64,000 bases of DNA from Candidatus Bathyarchaeota archaeon. Lineage in GTDB: Archaea > Thermoproteota > Bathyarchaeia > Bathyarchaeales > Bathycorpusculaceae. The stretch is taken from NCBI GenBank assembly GCA_963775895.1, contig CAVZKL010000017.1, positions 171,497 through 235,496 of the forward strand, written 5' to 3'. Made by a program: the position numbers and the translations under genes. Below are positions 33,373 to 45,100 of this stretch, one piece after another. Each line of letters opens with the position of its first letter. The stretch's first letter is position 1. The notes beneath the pieces are model-generated. The model searched no databases, was not told where the DNA came from, and saw only the letters and a list, made by a program, of their open reading frames with translations.

Positions 33373-33642
33373 AACCTGAACGGTTGGCAAATACCCTGCT
33401 TGCCCACATCGATAGGACCAACAACCCTGTCATCAATGGCACGCTGAGAGGCGCGCGTTATTCGAGCCTTTTGTCATCATGGAAGGCGCGCAGCTCTTCC
33501 GAAAGCGCAAATAACAAGACCCAACAAAAATATATACCCCCAGGGGTGTGGGTAAACCGCAGCAAGCTGTCCAGGAGGTCTAGGCCTGATAGGCCTGAAA
33601 GAATCCGTGGTGTTACGGAATCACGGAGAACAACATCAAAGT

Positions 33643-33719
33643 GGCCGGGGTGAGGTAGCCTGGTAGCCTATAGGCCTGTGGAGCCTAGCGCCCGGGTTCA
33701 ATTCCCGGCCCCGGCCCCA
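33643..33719 (+). tRNA. tRNA-His (GTG)
   Basis: Acceptor GCCGGGG/CCCCGGC, anticodon arm TAGGC-CTGTGGA-GCCTA, T-arm CCGGG-TTCAATT-CCCGG, encoded G-1, discriminator C and CCA. Confidence 0.95.
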
Positions 33720-33745
33720 TAACGCGCCGCACGCGAGTCGAGATC

Positions 33746-34741
33746 TCAGATTGGTGGTTTCTGGAACTTCTTTTTTTCTTCACTCAGTTTCATCCAAGCC
33801 TCAAACTCCTTCGACGGCGGATTTTCTTGGAACAATTTCTTGCGACTAGCCTCAAGGAAACAGTTCTTCTCGCCTGCGTACTCTGCTGCGGTTTGAAGCG
33901 TCGAGCCCGAACGGTAAGTCTCATAGAGTGTTCCTACCATTTTCTGCTGCCACTCCTCATCCCTCAGGATATGGTGGTCCAAGATCACGTGTGAAATCTG
34001 CTGCACGATTCTATCTAGGTTTGCAAGGCTAGCATCGATTTGGCTTTCACTAACTCTTGACGGGGCAAGATAGAGTGGGGGTCCCCCCATCATCAATAGC
34101 TGAGGGTTCTCTTGGAGAATTATCTCCAATGTGCGAGTTGACATGGGACCTTGAACGTCGGGCGCGAACAGGAATTTTTCGCCCTCGAACGAAATGGTGA
34201 CCATCAGGACCCATCCCATCTCAGAATTTTCCGGCCCGTGAAAGACGGGTTCGGAGAACTTCACTTTTGTCTCTCCAAAAACAAAGGTCTGCCCATCTGC
34301 GTTGGAAGTCTTTGCAGCATATTTTCCACCTGTTCTAGCAAACATCCATCCTCGTTCACGCTGACTGTAATTCACTGTCTCGCGCGGGTTCTTCAGAAAA
34401 ACTGTTTTATCCTGATAAATCTGCTTCGCAGTCTCGTCGGCTTGTGTCCAGTTGACGAGCCAGTCTTCAAACGAAGGTGTGTGATGATCGTAATGATAAT
34501 GGCTTATCGTTACGACCTCCGCCTTTTCTGCCGCCTCCGAAATCTTTCTGCGACATTGGATAATAGCCTCAAACTCTTTAGGATGCGGAGGAAGGCCAAA
34601 ACGGTTTGGACACAACGAGACTCCCGCGTCGAGGAGGATTCGCAGGTCCGGAGTCTCAACGTAGGTGCACATCGAACGAACTCCGAAACTCTCAGCGGCC
34701 AGCGGTACAACCCGAATCTTCTTCAACATCAATGCTCCCAC
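33746..34741 (-). CDS. UPF0282-like archaeal MBL-fold protein
   Basis: AESFGVRSM, SHYHYDHH, HG....GWV, DVQGP, DHHILRD. Confidence 0.85.
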   Translation of the reverse strand: MGALMLKKIRVVPLAAESFGVRSMCTYVETPDLRILLDAGVSLCPNRFGLPPHPKEFEAIIQCRRKISEAAEKAEVVTISHYHYDHHTPSFEDWLVNWTQADETAKQIYQDKTVFLKNPRETVNYSQRERGWMFARTGGKYAAKTSNADGQTFVFGETKVKFSEPVFHGPENSEMGWVLMVTISFEGEKFLFAPDVQGPMSTRTLEIILQENPQLLMMGGPPLYLAPSRVSESQIDASLANLDRIVQQISHVILDHHILRDEEWQQKMVGTLYETYRSGSTLQTAAEYAGEKNCFLEASRKKLFQENPPSKEFEAWMKLSEEKKKFQKPPI

Positions 34742-34983
34742 GTTTTTTCAAGGCGTGTATAACGCTTTTTATCCAAGCTACTTTTAGTTTTGCATAGCGT
34801 GCGATGAAGACTCTGGCCCCATGAAACAAGATGATTGTGATCTTGAGTGCTGAGCGTCGCTAATGCTCTCTTCAGGTTCATGACGAACTTGGAGAGGGCG
34901 TCAAACCCACAGGCACATCCCAATCTGGGCTGTCCGCCCGCAGCATTCAAAAGAAACCAGCCTGTTGTGGCGGATTTCTCGCA

Positions 34984-35565
34984 CTACTTGTCTTCAGGAG
35001 GTTTTTCCCAGATTTCAAGCATCTTTTTCTTGAGTTCTCTGCGCTTTCTATGCAGGAATCGGTAGACAGTGCTGTGCATGCTGCCTTTCACGAGCATTCC
35101 TATTGCTTCTCGGGCCACTTCCACTTGATCCAGAGTTCCGATCATGCCGACGGTGTGTCCGTACACCGCGACGCTCGCACCCGTCAATTCCTCGATTATC
35201 CTGCGGGTCTTTCCGTTCATTCCTATTATGCGCCCTTTCACGCGTTTAAGGTCGGCTTCGGACTTCCCGAAAACAACTCGCAGGTCAAGAAGCTCCAAGA
35301 CGGCATCTTCATCTCTAACCAGTCGGAAGGCGTGTTCAGGCGAAAATCCTCTGCCCAAGGCTGTGACAACGTCCTTCGCCCTGAAAAGAGTCGAAGGATC
35401 AGTCGCCTTTTCGGACACCGTTATGTTTACGTCGCCCGCGTCGCTGTCGATCTCCAGTTCGACCTGGAGTTTTTCCTCGATGTTCTTCTTCGTCGTCCCG
35501 TCTGGACCTATGACGACCCCCACGCGTTCCTTAGGAATTCGCACAAAAGTGTTAGCTCTAGGCAT
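34984..35565 (-). CDS. KH-domain pre-rRNA processing protein (Pno1/Dim2 family)
   Basis: RVGVVIGPDG, RGFSPE.A, KGRIIGMNGKTR, G..H..VY.FL. Confidence 0.92.
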   Translation of the reverse strand: MPRANTFVRIPKERVGVVIGPDGTTKKNIEEKLQVELEIDSDAGDVNITVSEKATDPSTLFRAKDVVTALGRGFSPEHAFRLVRDEDAVLELLDLRVVFGKSEADLKRVKGRIIGMNGKTRRIIEELTGASVAVYGHTVGMIGTLDQVEVAREAIGMLVKGSMHSTVYRFLHRKRRELKKKMLEIWEKPPEDK

Positions 35566-36356
35566 AACCAGTCACCCTCTTGTAACATTCATCAACACTG
35601 GGAACCTTGACTCCCAAGCGGTTAAAGTACTTGTTCAAGTTGGTCAGGTCTCTTCGAAGCAGAAACTCGGCCATTCGGATGCACGAGCGGAACTGCTTGA
35701 GCCATGTCGAAAATCACCGTTCGCCCTTTCCACATCATGATGTTGTATTCACTCAGGTCTCCATGCACCAGCTCGGCTTTGCGATAAAGCCTCTCCAGAA
35801 ACGTCAAGAGTTCCTCGTACACTTTTCCGGGATTCTTCGGAGTTTTCTCTTTGAAGGAAGGAGCGCTTTCTCCGTTCTCACCTATGAACTGCATGATGAG
35901 CACGTTGTTTTTCACGGCGATCGGATAGGGAACTCTGACCCTAGCCCTTGCGGCCAACTCCAGGTTCTTGAATTCCTTCTGAGCCCAAGCAAAAATCAGG
36001 GAGCGTGTGTCATGTCTGACTCCTTGGAAACGAGGATCGCCCTCAATGTACTTCACTATTCCCTTCCGAAATTCCGAGGATACGACTAGATAGATTTTTA
36101 TCGCAAGCTCGTTTCCTGACTTGTCTTTTCCCCAGTAGACTCTGGCTTCCTTCCCGGCTTTGACGACTCCGTGTATTTCGTTTATCGTTCCCTTGTTCAT
36201 GAAGTCATAAACAACCATGAGGGTGGACTTGTCGAAGACTTCTTCCATCACTTCGTATTCTTCGCTTCTCTTCTCCTTCATCAACTGGTCCTTTTCGTAG
36301 GTCTTCTCGTCCTCAAGGAGTCTCTTGTCAACGTTCTTCCGATAAGTCACATGCAT
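35558..36356 (-). CDS. rio1: RIO1 serine protein kinase (frameshift ~35675)
   Basis: GKEARVY, AIKIY, WAQKEFKNL, LVHGDLSEYN, IFDMAQAV; corrected tail ends at TAG 35558-35560. Confidence 0.9.
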
Positions 36357-36382
36357 CCCTTATTTTGATGTCAAAAGGAAAA

Positions 36383-36688
36383 CTAGATTGTTATGTGTCC
36401 TTGTCTTCGAAGTTGTTCTGCCTGAGCCTTAGTGTACCGCCAGATCAAATCTCCCCGCTCGTCACTCTGAAAATCCCACGGAGAAACCAGAACGATGTCT
36501 CCTTCACGAATCCAAACTCTTCTCTTCATCTTTCCGCGTATTCGGCACAACCGTTCGTGACCATCCTGACACTTCACACGGATACGGTCATACCCAAGCA
36601 GTTTGACTGCTACCCCAAGCACATCGTTCGCAGAAGGAAGCACCAGCCTGTTCAGTTCGCCTTCCGACAGAACCTTCTTCTTACCCAA
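36383..36688 (-). CDS. eif1a: Translation initiation factor aIF-1A
   Basis: LLG..R..V.C.DG..R.CRIRGKMKRRVWIREGD.V.V.PW. Confidence 0.95.
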   Translation of the reverse strand: MGKKKVLSEGELNRLVLPSANDVLGVAVKLLGYDRIRVKCQDGHERLCRIRGKMKRRVWIREGDIVLVSPWDFQSDERGDLIWRYTKAQAEQLRRQGHITI

Positions 36689-36771
36689 TGAAGCACCTCG
36701 ATCACGTTATCTTACAAGAAGTATGATTTCTTCCTTTTAAAACTATGTTCACAGCAACCAGTAACCCAATT

Positions 36772-37068
36772 TTATATCTTTACTATTTGTGCGTGTGGAA
36801 CGCCTTCAATGTTCAAGACCGCTTCTGGATGAACAAAGCCCCTTTCTATCGCTTTCTTTACGACGTTCTTGCCCACCATGTTCACTATGGTGGAAGCCTC
36901 TATCAGATCGACTGCCTCATCGACGGCGACTCTTCTGCCCTTGTAGAAGTCTTCCTTGACGCAGAAGCTTATTTTACCCTCACGAAGCGTTTTTCCAAGA
37001 ATTTCAACGTCACACATGCACAGCAGAACGTTTCGGCCAATCTTTTTCAGGTTCATGTAAACCTGCAA
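36772..37068 (-). CDS. DUF424 family protein
   Basis: CD.EILGK..REG......FY.G, NMVG..VV..AI..G.V; conserved neighbour of aIF-2beta. Confidence 0.85.
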   Translation of the reverse strand: MQVYMNLKKIGRNVLLCMCDVEILGKTLREGKISFCVKEDFYKGRRVAVDEAVDLIEASTIVNMVGKNVVKKAIERGFVHPEAVLNIEGVPHAQIVKI

Positions 37069-37081
37069 CGGACAAACGCTC

Positions 37082-37516
37082 TCAGAGCTGCTTCACAGAG
37101 GACTTCGCGCCACAAGCCTGGCAAACTACAAACGAAAGACGCTTTTCCTTCACGACCTTCGTGTCTGGACGCTTGCACACAGGACACACGACGAACGTTT
37201 CCAAGTACCTCTGCATCAACCTTTCAAACGTGTCCTCCTGGAATTTGCCTTGGAAAATAACCCTGTTGCCCTGCATCGTCGCCGCAGTCGCCATCTCACG
37301 GCTCAGGAATTTCAACAGATGCTGCGGGTCACGATCCAACGCATCGGCAATTTCCTTAAAGTTGAAGATGACCGTTCGCATGCCTATCTTCGCATATTGC
37401 AGTTTGGGAATCTCTAAGCGCTCACGTTTCGACGCCACCTCAGGCACCTGAGCGCGCGCCCTCTTCAGCAAAGATTCGTAATCGTATTCCATCCAGTAAA
37501 CCTCCAAGAAGACCAA
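37082..37516 (-). CDS. eif2b: Translation initiation factor aIF-2 beta subunit
   Basis: YESLLKRA, NF.EI...L.R...H..KFL..E, CPVC..PDT, CQACGA. Start probably at 37492. Confidence 0.95.
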   Translation of the reverse strand: MVFLEVYWMEYDYESLLKRARAQVPEVASKRERLEIPKLQYAKIGMRTVIFNFKEIADALDRDPQHLLKFLSREMATAATMQGNRVIFQGKFQEDTFERLMQRYLETFVVCPVCKRPDTKVVKEKRLSFVVCQACGAKSSVKQL

Positions 37517-37663
37517 ACTGCAACATACTATTTAAGAATTATAAGGCAAAAGGAGGAATCGAAAAATCAACACTGTGACCACTGGGCCGCCGGAAACCAC
37601 AAACCCTGGAATGGATTGGGTGATATTTGGAAAACGATAAAAACAGACGTCGACAGATAGAAT

Positions 37664-38188
37664 TTGAGGATGAAGATGGGTTACATCTATTTGTACACCG
37701 GGACTGGCGCCGGAAAAACAACAAACGCTCTAGGCTTGGCGCTACGTTCAGTTGGCCACAAACACAAGGTCGTCATCGTACAGTTCATGAAGTGGTGGAA
37801 GAACACTGGCGAATTCAAGATACAGAAGATGCTGGAGCCTTACTATGAAATCTACCAGTTCGGACGAAAGGGCTGGATCGGTCTCAGCAACCTGAACGAC
37901 GAGGACAAGAAGCTGGCGATGAAAGCATTGAAATTCGCCGAAAAGGCAGTCGCTGAAAAGAAGCCCGCTCTGCTTGTTCTTGATGAAATAAACTTGGCTC
38001 TCTACTGTCAACTACTCGACGTGAAGAATGTCATCGACTTTCTGGACAGAGTTCCCAAGGAAACGGACGTGGTCCTGACTGGACGATTCGCTCCCGACGA
38101 ACTCATAGGGCGCGCCGACTTCGTTAACGAAGTGAAAGACCTGAAATACCCGAAGAATATCGTGACGACGATCGGGATCCAGTATTAG
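37664..38188 (+). CDS. cobO: Cob(I)yrinic acid a,c-diamide adenosyltransferase (CobO/BtuR)
   Basis: YTGTGAGKTT.ALG, VQFMK, VLDEI, VLTGR, AD.V.E. Confidence 0.88.
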   Translation: MRMKMGYIYLYTGTGAGKTTNALGLALRSVGHKHKVVIVQFMKWWKNTGEFKIQKMLEPYYEIYQFGRKGWIGLSNLNDEDKKLAMKALKFAEKAVAEKKPALLVLDEINLALYCQLLDVKNVIDFLDRVPKETDVVLTGRFAPDELIGRADFVNEVKDLKYPKNIVTTIGIQY

Positions 38189-38271
38189 TTCTGAACAAGT
38201 GAACGTTGAAAACAAGATTCCTCACCACATAGCCCTGATTTGCCTCTTCTTCGTGATCTCAATCTTTTTTT

Positions 38272-39746
38272 GTGAGTCAGTCTGAAAAGCTTAAAGAAGC
38301 CCCTGCAGGCTACAGATTAATCCACAGCGGTGAAACCGTGACCAAACTGAGTCACCCCTACATTCCAAACTCTGTTCCTGCAACAAAGGAACAGATGATG
38401 CGCGAGATCGGCGTAAAAAGCATCGACGAACTGTACAGAGACATTCCCGACAAGTTCGGCGTTGAAGAAAAAACTCGACATACCACAGCATGGTTTGTCC
38501 GAATTTGACGTGAAGAGACACGTTGAGAAACTGCTTTCAAAAAACGCAACGAGCAACAACATGTCCGTTTTTCTCGGTGCGGGATGCTGGCCCCATTATG
38601 TACCGGCTGTCGTTGAAGAGATCATTGGTCGCAGCGAGCTACTCACCTCGTACACTCCTTACCAGCCTGAAACCTCACAGGGCATGCTGCAAGCCCTTTT
38701 CGAATATCAGAGCATGATCTGCGAGTTGACGAGCATGCCCGTCGCAAACTGCTCAATGTACGATTGGGCTTCAGCGTTGGGTGAGGCGGCAAGAATGGCG
38801 ACGAGGGTTAAGGGAAAAACTGAGATTCTTGTTCCGAAACTGATCCATCCTGAAAGGCTGGCAACTTTAAAGGTATACGCAAGCCCAGCGGGAATCAGCA
38901 TCAACGAGGTGGACTACGAAAAGGAAAGCGGCGGACTGGATCTCAGAGATCTGAAGCGAAAGATCTCGGACAAGACGGCGGCAATTTACGTCGAAAATCC
39001 CTCATATCTGGGAATAATCGAATCACAAGTTGACGACATCGCCAGGGAAGTAGCATCTCACGATGCTCTCTTTATAGTCGGTGTTGACCCTACATCGCTT
39101 GGCGTGTTGAAGCCACCAGGTGAATACGGTGCAGACGTCGTTGTGGGCGAAGCACAACCTCTTGGAAACTCTATGAACTTTGGAGGTCCTCTTCTGGGAA
39201 TCATGGCCTGCAGGGACGACATGACGCTCATCCGACAAATGCCGGGCAGAATAATCGGTCTGACGACAACTCAAGATAGCACGAGACAGGGCTTCTGTAT
39301 GACGATGCAAACAAGAGAGCAACACATCAGACGTGAAAGAGCCACTTCAAACATCTGCACGAACGAGGCGCTTTGTGCCGTCGCTTCCGCCGTTTACGTT
39401 GCTTTGCTCGGACCAGAAGGCTTGCGCAAACTCGGAGAAACGGTCATGCTACAAGTCCAACTATGCAATGCGTCTTCTTTCACAGGTAGAAAACGTGAGG
39501 ACACCTGTTTTCAAGTCGGCACACTTCAAGGAATTCACGGTCAATTTCGACGACGCAGGCCTAACGGTAGAAACAGTCAACCAGAAACTTCTGAAGCAGC
39601 ACATCCAGGGAGGAAGGGACGTATCTGAACAGTTCCCAGAACTGGGGCAGACCGCACTGTTCTGCGTGACCGAGATCCATTCGAAAGAGGAGATACACCA
39701 GTTGGCAACAGCGCTGAAAGACATCGTGGGAGGGAAGGTGAACTGA
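38272..39746 (+). CDS. gcvPA: Glycine dehydrogenase subunit 1 (two frameshifts ~38460, ~39450)
   Basis: HPYIPN, FLGAG...HYVP, YTPYQPE.SQG.LQ..FEYQ, REQHIRRE.ATSNICTN. Confidence 0.92.
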
Positions 39747-41282
39747 ACACGTACAGACAAGCGCAGTGGAATGAGCCGGTCATTTTCAACCTCGGAAAAA
39801 AGGGCAGGATAGGACACGTTCCGCCCAGAGGCTGAAGAAGAAATCAAGAGACCGTCGGCGACCTAAACAAGATCATTCCCAAGAACATGATGAGAACAGA
39901 CAAGCTGAGCCTCCCAGAGCTTTCAGAGGTTGAAGTTGCACGCCACTTCTTGCGACTGTCGCAGATGAACTTCGGTGTCGACTCAGGGTTCTATCCTCTT
40001 GGGAGCTGCACCATGAAATACAACCCCAAGATCAACGATGTAATAGCAAGCTTGTCAGGATTAAAAGACACGCACCCCTATCAAGACGAAGAAACGGCAC
40101 AGGGCATACTCGAGATTTTGTTCAGACTGGAAAGATGGCTGAGCGAGATCACGGGCACCGAAGAAGTTTGTTTGCAGCCTGCTGCGGGTGCTCACGGCGA
40201 ACTGCTCGGCACCCTGTTGATGCATGCCTGCCTCAAAGCGAACGGCGAGTGCGAAAAAAGGACGGAAGTCATCGTCCCAGATTCTGCTCACGGAACAAAC
40301 CCGGCGAGTGCTGCAATGGCAGGGTTCAAAGTGGTTGTCTTGCCATCTGATTCCGACGGCTGTATGGACGTGGACGCGCTAAAATCAACTGTCTCCGAGA
40401 AGACGGCAGGACTGATGCTTACAAACCCAAACACTCTGGGGTTGTTTGAAAAGAACATAGAGGAAGTAGCCGAGATCGTGCATGAAGCAGGAGGCCTGCT
40501 TTATTATGACGGCGCGAACCTCAACCCGCTTCTGGGCAAAGCCCGTCCTGGGGACATGGGGTTTGACATAGTGCACATCAACATCCACAAAACCTTCAGT
40601 ACACCTCACGGCGGCGGTGGTCCGGGAGCTGGCCCCGTCGGCGTGTCGAAAGACTTGGCGAAGTTCTTACCGATCCCTCGCGTGGTGTTTGACGGGCAAA
40701 AATACCGCTTAGATTATGAAAGGCCACATAGCATCGGAAAGATAAGAAGCTTTTACGGAAACGTTGCAGTGCTAGTCAGAGCCTACGTTTACATACTCAG
40801 CATGGGCTTTGAAGGGCTTGAAGGAAGCAGCTGAAGTGTCAGTGCTGAACGCCAACTATGTCATGAAAAAACTGAAAGGGATCAGAGGTTTAACGCTACC
40901 GTACGACTCAGATAAGCCAAGAAAACACGAATGCGTCATCAGTGCCAAACTGCTGAAAGACGAGACTGGCGTTTCAGCCACGAACATTGCAAAACGTCTC
41001 CTCGACTACGGGTTACATGCACCGACCATTTACTTTCCGCAAATCGTTGACGAGGCGTTGATGATTGAACCCACGGAAACCTACGAGAAAGAGGAAATAG
41101 ACAAGTTCGTTGAGGTCATCAGCAAAATCTGTCAAGAAGCGTACACGAACCCAGCCATCGTCCTGAATGCTCCGTACAACACGTCGGTTTCAAGATTGGA
41201 TGAGGTCAAGGCATCACACCCCAAGACGATGACCCTTAGCTGGCGAATGTACGAGACCAAACAACGAGAAAAAGCGGAATGA
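39743..41282 (+). CDS. gcvPB: Glycine dehydrogenase subunit 2 (frameshifts ~39830-39860, ~40820)
   Basis: [45 protein letters not shown] (PLP Lys), MIEPTE. Confidence 0.92.
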
Positions 41283-41332
41283 AGAGCAATACGTATATAT
41301 GGATTCTTCGGTGGTTAACTCTACCATAAAAA

Positions 41333-41647
41333 GTGTGGATGTGCTGGAGTTTGACTGAGATAGAAGACAAAGTCCGTGCATCAGTCGGTCAAGTTGTAGA
41401 TCCTGAAACGGGCATGACTTTTGCAGACATGGAAATGATAACCAACGTCAAAGAGGAGTCGCCTGGCGTCGTGAAGGTTGAATTCGTACCCTCAAGTCCT
41501 TTCTGTCCTATAGCGTTCAAGTTGGCAGCAGACATCAAAGGCGCGGCGTTGAAGGTTCCAGGCGTGAAGAAAGCAATGGTTTACTGTCGCGGCCATCAAA
41601 TGGAACAACAAATAAATGAAATGACCAACAAAGATCAACAGAAATAG
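41333..41647 (+). CDS. DUF59/SufT-like metal-sulfur cluster assembly factor
   Basis: V.DPE.G, SPFCP. Start probably TTG at 41351. Confidence 0.8.
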   Translation: MWMCWSLTEIEDKVRASVGQVVDPETGMTFADMEMITNVKEESPGVVKVEFVPSSPFCPIAFKLAADIKGAALKVPGVKKAMVYCRGHQMEQQINEMTNKDQQK

Positions 41648-41770
41648 CCTCATTATTTTCTCATTCTTTTGTTCAAGAAAAGCAATCAATATGCTAGTCT
41701 GTAACAAGACCTGATATCGTCCGTGCAGTTGTTCGAAAGCACTTCGCCACTAGATGAAACAGGACGCTCG

Positions 41771-42013
41771 CTATGTGCGGGCAAAAAGAAGGGACTTCCG
41801 TTGATGCTTTTGTATACAGGCAATATTCAGTGCAACTTTGCATGGCGAAGAGACATGAAAAAGACGCAGTGTTTTGATAACGCATGCGCTAGTTTCGTCT
41901 TTGTCCACTACTGCGGGTTTGATGTTTGGGCTACGTTCTAGTAGCGTGTTGGCATTATCCATTGCTGAACCCGAGCCAACTGCTATGAAATCGTATGCCT
42001 TCAGATTGGACAC
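41771..42013 (-). pseudogene. Decayed N-terminal fragment of a dihydrolipoamide dehydrogenase/disulfide reductase
   Basis: YDFIAVGSGSAM...AVVDKDE resembles the FAD-binding N-terminus; redox CxxxxC and the remainder are absent. Confidence 0.55.
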
Positions 42014-42164
42014 CGCGCGTTGACGATTGTGATGTGGGTTCTTAAAGGCTGCTTTCGAGACGGACTGTGTCTTCTCAAACTGTTGATTGCAAATCGTTTT
42101 TTAGGGACCGAAACGCTATGATTCTTGTGAGGGAGCGTTCCTGTCCCGCAGAACAATTCTAGCC

Positions 42165-45100
42165 ATGATATCTGCTTTTGTGTTGATTGGCACGCTCACC
42201 TCCGGGTTTAGCGTTAGATTTCTCGCGTTTCCAAACGTTGCCTCAAAACTGGAATCGTCAAACTCTATCGTGCTGAAATTTGATTTCTGCACACCTGTGA
42301 TTGCCGAGGATGTCGCAGGAGACTCTGTAACGATGTCTGGGCTGCCTGAGTACGGCGCTCCCGGAGAGCCTGTTTTACCCTTCAAGCTGGTCAAGGCGCT
42401 GATTCCCCAGGGAAAAGAGGCGACGCATGTTGACGTAACACCTGGTAACAGAAAAGTGCTAGGAGGCCCGTTCAAACTGGCGTACGGAAAGACCCCTATG
42501 CCCATTTCTTCAAATGACACAGTGCTCGACAAACCGAATGAGACGATCTACGACAGCACGAATCCTTTTCCAGATTCACTGTTTTCAGACCTGTCGGAAC
42601 AATATCTAAGGGGATACAAAATACTGCTTGGGAAAATAAATCCAGTCCAGTACGTTCCAAGAACGGGCGAATTGTACTGTTTTGAAACGATAACCCTCAC
42701 GGTGACTCTGAAAGAGACCGGTGATGTGTCTCCATTCTTCAGAAATCTTCCTGAGGACAGAGAGCTGGCTCTGAGCATGCTTGATAATAGTGAAGCAGCG
42801 GGAACGTACTCTCAGACTTCTACGAGTATGCGCGCTACTTCGACTCTGTCCTCAAATCATTATGATTACGTGCTGATAACCAGCAACGCTCTCCGCTCTT
42901 CATTTCAACCACTGGTGGATTGGAGAAACCAGAATGGACTGAACGCAACCATCGTGCTAATTGAAGACATCATGAAGAACCCAAATTACAACTCTAACGG
43001 ACAGTTCGGTGACGGATCTGGCAGCCCAAAGTTCAATGATACCCAAGCTTACATCAGAAATTTCATAAAGGATGCATATGCAAACTGGGGAACCGAATAC
43101 GTCCTGTTAGGCGGCGGTGACGACATTATCCCTGCGAGAGGAGTGTACGACTACGCCGGTGACTACAGCGGAAACTACACTGACTACAACATTCCATGTG
43201 ACATGTACTACGGAGCTCTGGATGGGAGTTGGGATACGAATAATGACACGACATTCGGAGAAGCCATCTATCACTCAACAGGTCCTCAGAACGGAACGGC
43301 TGGAGAGGAAGCGGATTTCTTCGCAGAAGTGTACGTCGGCAGAGCCCCTGTCGACACTGCGCAGGAAGCAACAAATTTCGTTGACAAAACAATAGCGTAC
43401 GAACAATCAACTCAAACGGCTTACCTAAAGAAAGATCTGCTAATAGGCACAAAACTCGACGACATCACCGAGGGCGGAGATGGACTTGACGCCGTCACAG
43501 ACTTGGTACCTCAATACACGGCTACGAGACTGTACTCAAGAGATGGAACGTTTAACAGCCTCGCTGTAATCGGCGAAATGAACGCTGGCACGCACGTTGT
43601 AATCAATGATGGACATTCAAACTACCAGACAGTAATGGGATTGTCCATTTCGGACGTTGACAACTTGAACAACACCGAGTACTTCTTTGCTTACAGCCTA
43701 GGCTGCTACTCGGCCGCCTTCGACCAGGCCACGAGTGGAGCCCAAGGGGCCATTGCCGAGCACTTTGTTTTCAGCTCACACGGCGCTTTTGCTTACATAG
43801 GCAATTCAAGATACGGTTGGTATTGTTCAGGCTCTCTCGACGGGCCAGGAGAACGATATGAAAGATCATTTTTCTCAGTGCTCAACAGTGGAACAAGAAA
43901 CTTGGGAAAGGCTTTGCAGCTCTCAAAAGAGGAGGAACCGATACTTGACAGGTGGACTTACTTCGACCTTAATTTGCTCGGAGACCCCGCAACCCAAATA
44001 GTCACGCAGTTCAGTGCACCAACAGCTCATCTTCAAACCAGGACAGACTTGCTTGCTCCGCCCCGAGTCGGTGGACTCGCGGAGATCCTAGGTACAGGAA
44101 GACGTGGCACAGCGACTGGCGCGACTTTCAGCAATTTCACGATCGATTTTGGTCTCGGAACAGCTCCGACGTCTTGGGCGACTACTGGAATCAGTCTAGT
44201 CAATGGCGGCGCGAGCGAGGTTGTAAACGGAACTTTGGCAACGTGGAACACACAATTAATTGCACAAAACACTTACACGCTCAGACTGACCGTTTACGAT
44301 GCAAACGGATCCATTGGGCTGGACAGGCAGATAGTCCAGGTCAGCACAAACTCGCTTCCAGCACACATTAGAGCTGACGGGAGCGTCGATCCGCCCACTG
44401 CCCCAATTCAGCGTAACGGAAACCTGTATACATTAACTGGCAACATCTATAGCGACAGTGAAGGAATCATGATTGAAAGAAACAGCACTGTTCTAGACGG
44501 AGCAGGCTACGCTATTCAAGGCAGTGGAGGAGGAGGAGCTGGAATATACTTGTCAGGAATGAACAATATCACAGTCAAGAACATAGCGATCGAAGCACAC
44601 CTGTACGGCGTCTACATGCAACAATGCTCCAACAACACAATTCTTGAAAGCAACATACAGAACAACACCCACGGCATATTCCTTTTAGAATCTTCGAACA
44701 ACAGCATGATGAAAAACAACGTGACAAACAATTACGACGGCATAAGCTTGCTGTCCTTCTCGAACAACAACAGCATAACGATGTGCAGAATAACAGGCAA
44801 CAATGGCAACCTTGGAAACGGCCTCTACTTCTACATGTCGTCAAACAACCTCATTTACCACAACATGTTTGCCGCTAACAGAATCCCAGTCTACGATGGT
44901 GCATGGGACTGTGCTGATCCCGAACTCATTTCTCCGTCAATTAACACGTGGGACAATGGCTACCCGTCAGGTGGGAACTACTGGGACGACTACAATGGCG
45001 TTGACCAGTACAAAGGACCGTACCAGAACCTAACAGGAAGCGACGGGATAGGAGACAGCGCTTACGTGATTGATATGAACAATAGAGACCACTTTCCGTT

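Noticed and set aside
33369-33653. 94-aa ORF running into tRNA-His
   Set aside because: It overlaps the tRNA and its leader and has non-protein-like composition.
24500-33719. Genomic island integrated at tRNA-His
   Set aside because: No integrase and no duplicated tRNA end; core genes follow the tRNA 3' end directly.
44560-44880. AAC-rich repetitive DNA
   Set aside because: Explained by Asn-rich beta-helix repeats inside the C25 peptidase.
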